A stretch of 63,598 bases of DNA, counting the filler. It is 8 parts of 8 records of this genome, joined end to end, with 100 filler letters (N's around TTAATTAATTAA, not from the genome) between each part and the next. Parts side by side here need not be neighbours in the genome. Positions count along the whole stretch, not along the records: positions 1 to 5,459 come from SRR31156797_46122; positions 5,560 to 11,676 come from SRR31156797_46170; 6 more parts are not named here. The stretch is one strand, 5' to 3'. This document shows, piece by piece, positions 1 through 8,215 of this stretch. The notes under the pieces are model-generated. The model worked only from the letters and a program-made list of their open reading frames with translations, ran no database searches and was not told the origin of the DNA. Position 1 is the stretch's first letter. Every line of letters begins with the position of its first letter. The translations under genes and the position numbers were made by a program.

Positions 1-156
1 GTAATCCTCGCGAAAGCGGGGATCCAGAAAAAAGGCAAAAGGCGAAAAATCAATAATAATCAAGCCTGATGTAAAACGCCTCGCTGATGGCGAACGTTTT
101 TCCATTACCACACTTAATTTATACATCCACGTGGATTACCGCTTCCGCGGGAATGA
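1..156. repeat. Inverted pair of REP-like palindromes (consensus about GTCATTCCCGCGAAAGCGGGAATCCA)
   Basis: GTAATCCTCGCGAAAGCGGGGATCCAG at 1-27; TGGATTACCGCTTCCGCGGGAATGA at 132-156, whose reverse complement is TCATTCCCGCGGAAGCGGTAATCCA. Confidence 0.7.
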
Positions 157-270
157 AGATTTCAGGGCGCCTTCAATAGTTATTCAAAATATCTAAATGC
201 GTTTACCCCTCCTTATATATATTCTATTATTGCAAATCAAGCACGTCTTCCTCGTAATGGAGAACACATC

Positions 271-995
271 ATGCCGAATAATTCCCGTGAATCTATCACC
301 TCATTCTTATACCGCGAAAAAATCCGCCACTTGAATATGCTCTATTTCATGGTAAATAATCCGGTTCAAAGCCTAAGCCGCATGGCGACTCTGTTGTTAT
401 GCGCGGCCGAAGCGACCTTGACTGGGTGTTTATCAGCAGTCCCAACGAACAGGAATTGACTTCCGTCATCGCCGATTGCTTAACCCGGGACGACAAATGC
501 TTTGCCGTGATAGAAGATTGGATGCTGCCGCTCTTAACCAAAAACAAAAACATCGCCTGGACCCTATCCACCATGAGGCTATTCCTGCCGGACAATGTAA
601 CGTTTGACCAAAAGCCAAACATTCATGTCGCCCCTCTGTCGGAAAACGACGCCCCATATATTTATAAAAATTCCAAGTATCAGGAATTTACTTCGCCCGA
701 CTATATTCGGGAAAGCATACGTAAAGGCGTCAGCGCCGGCATATATGATTCAGGCAGGCTTGCGGCCTGGACCATGACCCACGACGACCTGGCCATTGGG
801 TTTTTACACGTGCTCGAGGACTACAGACGCCGGGGATATGCGGAAGCCTTAACCATATCCATGATTCAACAATTACGCGAGCAAGGAAAAATCCCGTTCG
901 TCCACATCGAGGAAGCAAATCCAAAATCCATGCAATTGGCCTTGAAACTGGGCTTTCAAAAAGATCGCAGAGTGCATTGGTTTGAAATTGAATGA
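271..995 (+). pseudogene. GNAT (FR47-like) N-acetyltransferase split by a frameshift near 376-382 (real lesion or sequencing error)
   Basis: GGAG RBS before ATG 271. The frame of ORF 399-995 is closed upstream by TAA at 357-359 and reads HGDSVVMRGRSD just before 399. Acetyl-CoA motif YRRRGYA and C-terminal N..S..L..KLGF are present. Confidence 0.7.
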
Positions 996-1195
996 GCAGC
1001 TACTGCTGCGGCCTTTTGTGAGTTGGATGCGTGGCTGTCAAGCCCTTGTGGATTTGTTCGTTTCAACCTGATAGTCCTTTGATAACGATATAAATAATCG
1101 TAAAACTATTTGTGAAGATCTCAACTTTTATAATTTATAGATGAATTGTTGTATACTGTGAGAAGTATTCTTTAATAGTCCATACAGGAAAAACA

Positions 1196-2098
1196 ATGAC
1201 TCCCCAAGAAGTCAAAAACAAATTCCAAAAACTGACCGTTTGGAAAAGAGGCGGGCAAAGGGCGCCGCACAAGCCCCTGCTTGCCTTGTATGCAATTGGC
1301 AGGCTGCAACGCGGGGAGTCAAGGTTTATCCGGTATGAAACGGTCGACAAGGATTTAGATAAACTGCTACGGGAATTCGGCCCCAAAAGAAAATCATATC
1401 ACCCTGAATATCCTTTCTGGCGACTTCAAAATGACGGCGTATGGGAACTTGACAACATAGTCGGCGTTTCTTTGCGAAAGGGAAACACGGATGCAAAGAA
1501 AAGCGAGTTGCTAAAAATCGGAGCGTCGGGCGGTTTCACTTCGGAAGTGCAAGCGGTGCTTGCTGCAGATGACGAATTGTTAGAGGACATCGTCAGGTTT
1601 TTGCTTCAACAAAATTTCCCGGATACATTTCATGAGGATATTCTGGCTGCTGTCGGAGTTGATTTGGGAGATGCAAACAAGATGCAACAAAAGCGCGACC
1701 CCGAATTTCGCTCGCGGATTCTTCGGGCTTATGAGTATCGTTGCGCTATTTGCGGCTTCGATGTGCGCATTGGCGACAGGCTTGTCGGTGTTGAAGCCGG
1801 CCATATAAAATGGCATCAGGCCGGCGGGCCTGACGAGGAGATAAACGGTTTGGCCCTTTGCACAATGCATCATACGCTTTTTGATCGTGGAGCGTTTACT
1901 TTGACGGATTCCATGCGGATGATCGTGTCCGAGGACGCCCACGGATCGCAAGGATTTAAGGACTGGCTTATGGCATTTCATGGAAAGCTGCTCAGGCCGC
2001 CTGTGCGTGAAAATTACTACCCGGCTTACGAATTTGTTAAATGGCATGTGAGGGAAGTCTTCCAGGGGCCGGGGAGGTATGCGAAGGCTGAACAATAA
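1196..2098 (+). CDS. Phosphorothioated-DNA-binding restriction endonuclease (SBD + HNH), type IV
   Basis: N-terminal RAPHKPLL and YPFWRL sulfur-binding-domain motifs; C-terminal CAICG...AGHIKW...NGLALCTMHHTLFDRG HNH domain. Confidence 0.85.
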   Translation: MTPQEVKNKFQKLTVWKRGGQRAPHKPLLALYAIGRLQRGESRFIRYETVDKDLDKLLREFGPKRKSYHPEYPFWRLQNDGVWELDNIVGVSLRKGNTDAKKSELLKIGASGGFTSEVQAVLAADDELLEDIVRFLLQQNFPDTFHEDILAAVGVDLGDANKMQQKRDPEFRSRILRAYEYRCAICGFDVRIGDRLVGVEAGHIKWHQAGGPDEEINGLALCTMHHTLFDRGAFTLTDSMRMIVSEDAHGSQGFKDWLMAFHGKLLRPPVRENYYPAYEFVKWHVREVFQGPGRYAKAEQ

Positions 2099-2247
2099 TT
2101 GTTGTTCCCCTCATCAGTATTCCACCATCCCAACCCCCCTCCCCAAAAACCTTTCATCCCCGCCCTTCCGGTCCGGAATTAAAAGATTTATCATATGTTA
2201 GAGGCTATGTTATACTGGTTTAAGGTGCTTTAAGGAGGTCTTTTTTC

Positions 2248-4767
2248 ATGCCTAGCGATAAGACGCCCGTGGTTAAGAGATCGCTCTTTTCCTGGGTATT
2301 CCCGGGCAATGTCAAATGGCAGGTGATGATCGTCATCCTGATCGGCATCACCGTCGGCGCCAGGGTCCTGCCGATGGAGATGCAGAAAAGAATTATTAAC
2401 GAGGCCATCTATCTCAGAAAACTGGACATGCTCTATATCTACTGCGGCTTCTACCTGGGCGCGGTCGTCCTGTCAGTGTTTTTGAAATTTGTAATCAGCG
2501 TTTTGCAGACCCACATCAGCCAAAAGGCCCTGGCCACAATGCGGAAAGACGTGTACCATCACGTCCTTACCCTGCCTCTCAACTTTTTCCGCAAAACCCA
2601 GCCCGGTATGGTGGTTTCCTCCCTGATAACCGAACTTGTTCCGGCCGGACAGTTCGCCGGCCAGGCCCTGGCCGTGCCTCTCATCAACATTATGACCCTG
2701 GTCGCTTTCGCCATATACCTTATTTACCTTAACTGGATGCTGGCCTTGATCACCCTGAGCATTTATCCCGTGATCCTCTTTTTGGTTCCATTAATGCAAA
2801 GGAAAGTCAACAAGGCCAATAGAAAGCGGGTCGAAGTGACCCGAACCGTTTCCAACCGTATAACCGACACCGTGGCCGGCATTCACGAAGTTCACGGCAA
2901 CGGCGCTTTCAAGATCGAAAATAAAAAATTCGACGACCTTGTGGACAAGCTCTTCAGAATAAGGGTTGTCTGGACTCTGGCCGGTCAGGCCGTAAAAGCG
3001 ACCAACAATTTTTTTACCAGCCTGGGGCCGTTCCTGGTCTTTCTTATTGGCGGTTACCTGGCCATGCAGGGGCAGTTGCAGTTGGGCGCCCTGGTGGCTT
3101 TTGTTTCAGCCCAGGACAGGCTTTACGATCCCTGGAAGGAACTGATCACTTTTTACCAGCTTTATCAGAACGCCAAGGTTACATACAAAAAAACCATGGA
3201 CTATTTCGACGTGGAGCCGGAGCACGAGATTGTTCCCGAATCCAGGCAGCCGTATGAATTAAAAGGCGAGATTGAAGTCAGGAATCTTTCCTTTTACACG
3301 GAAGACGGCATACGCCTTATCGAAGGCGTGAACATGTCTCTGACCCCGGGAGAACATTTGGCCCTGGTGGGATTTTCCGGCAGCGGAAAAAGCACCCTGG
3401 CCCAATGCATAGGCCAGTTGTACAAATACACCGGCGGCCGGGTGGTTATTGACGAGCAACAGGTATCCGAACTCACCAAGGCGGACATGGTCAACAGCAT
3501 CGGGTTTGTGTCCCAGTCGCCTTTCATCTTTGCCGGGTCCATCAAGGAAAACCTGCTCTATTCCTGTGAGGCGCGGGCCTCGATCGACGAAAACGGCGAC
3601 AATTTGCACGAAATGCCCAACCTGGACGACATCATCAGCGTGTTGCAGCAAACAGGCGTGTTTGTGGATGTATTGAGATTCGGCATGAACACGATAATCG
3701 AAAAAGGGCATGATACGGACCTGGTTTCGCGGCTTGTGGATGTCAGGGAAAGCTTTCAGGAAGATTTCGGCGGGGAGCTGGCCGATTACGTCGAGTTTTT
3801 TAACGAAGATGAATTCCTGTATCATTCCAGCGTGTGTGAAAACATCATCTTCGGCACTCCCAACAAAAATGAATTTGCCGAACGGAACCTGCCGAACAAC
3901 AAGTATTTTCTGGAATTTCTGGATGTGTCCGATTTGACCCGGCCGCTGTTGACCCTTGGAGCGGAATTGTCCAAGCAGACCGTCGACATTTTGGGCAACC
4001 TGCCCATGGACAAGGTCTTTTTCGAGCAAAGCCCCATTGATGCGGAAGAGCTGGAAGAATACAAGCTGCTGGTGGCGAGGCTGAAAAAGAAAAAACTGCA
4101 CGAGCTTGATGATGAGGACAGAAAAAAACTTCTGGACCTTGGCCTCCGTTTCATACCGGGCAAACACAAAATGGTCGGCCTGCCGGATATTTTAAAGGAA
4201 CTTGTTCTGGAAGGGCGGGCCCTGTTCAAGGAAATGATAAACAAGGACGATCCCGGCGCGGTTTCATTCCTGCAAAAATCCCAATACATTCATTCCCAGA
4301 CCATTCTTAACAATATTCTTTTCGGGAAAACCAGCACCGGCAAATCCGAGGCCCAGGAAAAAATAAACCAGAGCATTATTCAGCTTTTGATAGAAGAAGA
4401 CCTGCTTGAAACCATTGTTGAGATCGGAATGCATTTTGACGTGGGCAGCAAGGGGGAAAACCTTTCCGGCGGACAAAGACAAAAACTGGCCATTGCCAGG
4501 GCTTTTCTCAAGTCTCCCAACATACTCATTATGGATGAGGCCACATCCGCGTTGGACAATAAATCCCAGGCCCGCGTGCAAAACCAGCTGGAAACCAGGT
4601 GGAAGGGAAAAAGCACGTTGATCGCCGTGGTTCACAGGTTGGATATAACTAAAAACTATGACAAAATTGCCGTCATGAAAGCCGGTAAGGTTGTTGAAAT
4701 GGGCACTTATGACGATTTGATCAGTCAGAAAGGAATGCTGTATGAGCTCGCAGTCGGAAAAAAATGA
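2248..4767 (+). CDS. ABC exporter (TMD + NBD) with an insertion of about 250 aa inside the NBD
   Basis: Hydrophobic N-terminal TMD; Walker A GFSGSGKS, LSGGQ signature, Walker B ILIMDE, H-loop VVHRL; AAGGAGG RBS. Confidence 0.9.
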   Translation: MPSDKTPVVKRSLFSWVFPGNVKWQVMIVILIGITVGARVLPMEMQKRIINEAIYLRKLDMLYIYCGFYLGAVVLSVFLKFVISVLQTHISQKALATMRKDVYHHVLTLPLNFFRKTQPGMVVSSLITELVPAGQFAGQALAVPLINIMTLVAFAIYLIYLNWMLALITLSIYPVILFLVPLMQRKVNKANRKRVEVTRTVSNRITDTVAGIHEVHGNGAFKIENKKFDDLVDKLFRIRVVWTLAGQAVKATNNFFTSLGPFLVFLIGGYLAMQGQLQLGALVAFVSAQDRLYDPWKELITFYQLYQNAKVTYKKTMDYFDVEPEHEIVPESRQPYELKGEIEVRNLSFYTEDGIRLIEGVNMSLTPGEHLALVGFSGSGKSTLAQCIGQLYKYTGGRVVIDEQQVSELTKADMVNSIGFVSQSPFIFAGSIKENLLYSCEARASIDENGDNLHEMPNLDDIISVLQQTGVFVDVLRFGMNTIIEKGHDTDLVSRLVDVRESFQEDFGGELADYVEFFNEDEFLYHSSVCENIIFGTPNKNEFAERNLPNNKYFLEFLDVSDLTRPLLTLGAELSKQTVDILGNLPMDKVFFEQSPIDAEELEEYKLLVARLKKKKLHELDDEDRKKLLDLGLRFIPGKHKMVGLPDILKELVLEGRALFKEMINKDDPGAVSFLQKSQYIHSQTILNNILFGKTSTGKSEAQEKINQSIIQLLIEEDLLETIVEIGMHFDVGSKGENLSGGQRQKLAIARAFLKSPNILIMDEATSALDNKSQARVQNQLETRWKGKSTLIAVVHRLDITKNYDKIAVMKAGKVVEMGTYDDLISQKGMLYELAVGKK

Positions 4768-5269
4768 GGCCTTTGGGTCGTCGGAGTTTCAGGAAAACCT
4801 TGAAACCCTGAGGCAGATAGCGTTTTTTTCAGCCCTGCCGTTGGAAAGCCTTAAGCTTTTTGCATATATCTCCAATCGCGAGACATTTAAACCCGGCGAC
4901 TACCTGTTCCGGCAGGATGAAGACGACGGCCAGGGAATTTTCATTTTAAAAGGCAATGTTGAAATTATCCGCACGGACGACCATGGCGACCAACCGGTCA
5001 AGGAATTGGGAGAAGGTTCTTTTATCGGCGGTCTGTCCCTGATGGGGCCCATGCGCAGGTTGTTTTCAATGAAAGCCCTGGATGATGTATCATGCATGAT
5101 GTTTGAACGGGATAAATTTCAGCCGGTCTTGAAGCAGTTTCCTGACATTGTGCCCAAGATGATAAAATCGTTGGTGACGGATATATACTTCTGGGAAGAA
5201 AAGCTATTGGGCTCGAGAACGGAGGGATGCGAGGCCTGTATGCACAAAGTGGGCGTAAGCCTGATATAA
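4742..5269 (+). CDS. Stand-alone cyclic nucleotide-binding (Crp-like cNMP) domain protein
   Basis: F.PGDYLFRQDE...ILKGNVEI...LGEGSFIGG...R.FS.KA cNMP fold; no HTH; overlaps the ABC gene end. Confidence 0.85.
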   Translation: MSSQSEKNEAFGSSEFQENLETLRQIAFFSALPLESLKLFAYISNRETFKPGDYLFRQDEDDGQGIFILKGNVEIIRTDDHGDQPVKELGEGSFIGGLSLMGPMRRLFSMKALDDVSCMMFERDKFQPVLKQFPDIVPKMIKSLVTDIYFWEEKLLGSRTEGCEACMHKVGVSLI

Positions 5270-5459
5270 TATAAAAAGCCGGATTAAGAAAATCTTCTTG
5301 AAAAGGCGAAAGATGAAGACGGCGCGAATAAAAAGAACTTGAGCTTTTAATTTATTATGTTGATCGGAACCACCATACTTATTAATGTCGAATGCTATCA
5401 CGGGGCTAACTACTCGGCGTCGAAACTCATTGAAACAGGTTGTTAAAATGGCAGGAGAA

Positions 5460-5559
5460 NNNNNNNNNNNNNNNNNNNNNNNNNNNNNNNNNNNNNNNNN
5501 NNNTTAATTAATTAANNNNNNNNNNNNNNNNNNNNNNNNNNNNNNNNNNNNNNNNNNNN
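5460..5559. other. Artificial contig spacer
   Basis: 44 N + TTAATTAATTAA (stops in all six frames) + 44 N. Confidence 0.99.
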
Positions 5560-7107
5560 GGAAATCGCCCGGATGTTCTTCCGGCGACCTATCAACAGGC
5601 GTCTCAGTTGGTCATTAATCGTGAAGTTGCCAATGCCATCGGTTTTGAAACGCCTTATTCCCTGATTACGGAGGTTGCCTTTGTGGGGGAAGACTCGTCC
5701 GGGAAAGCGCCTGCACTCACATTGGATGAAGCGGTTCGCATGGCCCTTCGGAATAATGCCGATGTGGCGACAGCCTATTACGAAATCGATGAAACCCGTC
5801 AGGATATCAAATTGGCCCAATCCCGTTTACGGCCGAGTATGACAGCTTCCGCCACAGGGTATCAAATCGATGGGGATCGGGCAGAAACAAGCATGGGGAG
5901 CCAGGCGGAGCGAACCCTTGAGGGGGCCCTGAAATTCACACAGGTTGTTTATGCGGAAAAAGCATGGGCGGATGTGGATATCCGGAAACGATTGCTCGAG
6001 GCAAAACAAAGCGAAACCCAAACCACTGTTTTTGATGTGAAAGAATCCACCGCAACCGCGTATGTGGATGTGCTGTATGCCCGGGCGGTGCTTGAAATTC
6101 AGCGGGAAAATTTGAAAAGAAGCCGGCAATACCTGGACCTTGCGCGCCTGCGTGAATCCGTTGGTCAGGCCGGGTCATCCGAAGTGTACCGATGGATGAA
6201 TATGATAGCGACGAGTAAACAGGATGTGATAGAAGCCATGAACCGGGTGGAGATGGCCTATACTGAACTGAACCGGTTGATCGGCCTGGCACAGTCTGAC
6301 AAACGTCCCCTTGAAGATCTGGCCCGGCGGTCCCACGCTGTTTTGGGGGAGGATCTGTCCATGCTGCAGGAGCGGTTTGACAATCCGTCGGATTTTCGAA
6401 TCTTTCAAGATTTTATGGTGGAAGAATCCTTGGAAAATTCTCCTGAAATAAAACAATTGGATGCGGCCCTCAAAGCCTATGATCGCCGGTTACTATCCGG
6501 GAAACGCGCTTTTTATATGCCCACGGTCGGATTTGAGGCTGAGGTCACCCGACGGTTTGCTGAATCGGGAGCCGGTCAGGAAGGCCTTTCCATTCCCGGC
6601 TTGGAATTGCCGCAAGCTGATGAGACGGATTGGAGTGTGGCTTTATCCCTCAGTTATCCTCTATTTGAAGGCGGCGGCAAACGGGCCACAGTGGAGAAAT
6701 CCTGTGTGAGTCTCAAACGACTGAAATCAGAGCGGTTGGCTGCACTTCAGCGAATTGAGCAGCGGGTGCGTACACGGATGATGCAAAATCATACATCCTA
6801 TTCAAATATCGGTTTGTCCCGGGAGGCTGCTTCCGCCGCGGAAAAATCCCTGGCACTGGCGCAGGATGCTTATCAGAGAGGGGTTGGCTCTATTCTGGAT
6901 TTAATAGATGCACAAAATGCGTCACAGGTTTCCAACCAGCTGGCAGCCACATCCATATACCAGTTTTACAAGGATTATATCCGGACCCGACGGGCCGTCG
7001 GCAGTTTGGATTTTGACCCCGCAGCAGAAGAAATTCGATGTTTCAGGGAGCGGATGAATTACTACATGGAAACTCAAAAATACACCCCCGGTCGTTCAGG
7101 AGAATAA
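5560..7107 (+). CDS. TolC-family outer membrane efflux protein, 5' truncated, apparently with an N-terminal ABC substrate-binding-like domain
   Basis: Frame open from the contig edge; LTLDEAVRMALRNN, YQRGVGSILDLIDAQ and other OEP repeats; LVINREVANAIG before the OEP region. Confidence 0.85.
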   Translation, partial: GNRPDVLPATYQQASQLVINREVANAIGFETPYSLITEVAFVGEDSSGKAPALTLDEAVRMALRNNADVATAYYEIDETRQDIKLAQSRLRPSMTASATGYQIDGDRAETSMGSQAERTLEGALKFTQVVYAEKAWADVDIRKRLLEAKQSETQTTVFDVKESTATAYVDVLYARAVLEIQRENLKRSRQYLDLARLRESVGQAGSSEVYRWMNMIATSKQDVIEAMNRVEMAYTELNRLIGLAQSDKRPLEDLARRSHAVLGEDLSMLQERFDNPSDFRIFQDFMVEESLENSPEIKQLDAALKAYDRRLLSGKRAFYMPTVGFEAEVTRRFAESGAGQEGLSIPGLELPQADETDWSVALSLSYPLFEGGGKRATVEKSCVSLKRLKSERLAALQRIEQRVRTRMMQNHTSYSNIGLSREAASAAEKSLALAQDAYQRGVGSILDLIDAQNASQVSNQLAATSIYQFYKDYIRTRRAVGSLDFDPAAEEIRCFRERMNYYMETQKYTPGRSGE

Positions 7108-7109
7108 AG

Positions 7110-8204
7110 ATGAAAAAGATTTACTTCCCCCTTGTTTTGTTCGTTGCAAGTGTGCTGGCTATCGGTTGCCGTGGGCAGGAAGCCCCTAAGAAAAAAGAAG
7201 TTGTGATTCGTCCGGTTCGATATATCAAGGTGTATGCTGAAGGGGGGGATCGTGTTCGAACCTTTTCGGGAGTCAGTCAGGCAGCCCTGGAATCCAAACT
7301 CAGTTTTAAGGTAAATGGTACTGTTGAAAAGCTATATGTGAAGGTTGGCGACCGCGTAAAATCCGGCCGGAAAGTGGCAAAACTGGATGATGAATTGTTT
7401 CGGTTACAAGTGCAGGAGGCCAAGGCGGGATTGGTTCAGGTAAAAGCAACGCTTCGAAATGCCGCCAATAACTACAAGCGGATTCAACAGTTGTATGTGA
7501 ACAAGAGTGCCTCTCAAAATGATCTGGATATGGCACGGGCACAATATGAGTCCTGCAACGCTTCCGTGCTTTCACTGGAAAAAAAGCTGGAGCAGGCGGA
7601 ACTGCAACTGACCTATGCAGAACTGTATGCACCCGTGGCGGGAGCCATCGCTGATGTGCCTGTTCAGCAAAATGAAAATATTCAGGCAGGGCAGCCCGTT
7701 GCATTGCTTTCCACAAGTACGGAACTGGAAGTGAACGTCGTAATTCCTGAAGCGTTGATTGTCGATATCAAAGAGGGGAGCCGGGTCGATGTGGTGTTTG
7801 ACTCACTATCGGGAAAATCCTTTTCAGGAACGGTGACGGAGGTGGGGGTCTCTTCTTTATCTTCCGCAACCACGTTTCCCGTTACTGTGAAAATTGATGA
7901 TGAAAGTTCACAGCTTCGCCCGGGAATGGCGGCAGAGGTTGCTTTTAACATTAAATCACGTATCCGCAGGGAACGATTCATCGTCCCCACATTCTCCATC
8001 GCAAGTGATGGCGAAAAATCCTATGTCTATGTTGTAAAGGCAACCGAAGGGGGCCTTGGTATCGTGACGAAGCGTTTTGTTACAACAGGGGACCTGGTCT
8101 CCGGTGGCATAGAGGTGTTTGACGGCCTGAAAGACGGAGACTCTGTCCTGACGGCGGGGGTTAGCAAGGTATCCGATGGCTTGACCGTGAAAATGGGTCA
8201 ATAG
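7110..8204 (+). CDS. RND efflux periplasmic adaptor (MFP), lipoprotein
   Basis: AGGAG RBS before ATG 7110; lipobox LAIGC; lipoyl motifs VKVGDRVKSG and LYAPVAG; LRPGM. Confidence 0.9.
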   Translation: MKKIYFPLVLFVASVLAIGCRGQEAPKKKEVVIRPVRYIKVYAEGGDRVRTFSGVSQAALESKLSFKVNGTVEKLYVKVGDRVKSGRKVAKLDDELFRLQVQEAKAGLVQVKATLRNAANNYKRIQQLYVNKSASQNDLDMARAQYESCNASVLSLEKKLEQAELQLTYAELYAPVAGAIADVPVQQNENIQAGQPVALLSTSTELEVNVVIPEALIVDIKEGSRVDVVFDSLSGKSFSGTVTEVGVSSLSSATTFPVTVKIDDESSQLRPGMAAEVAFNIKSRIRRERFIVPTFSIASDGEKSYVYVVKATEGGLGIVTKRFVTTGDLVSGGIEVFDGLKDGDSVLTAGVSKVSDGLTVKMGQ

Positions 8205-8215
8205 GGAGGATCACC

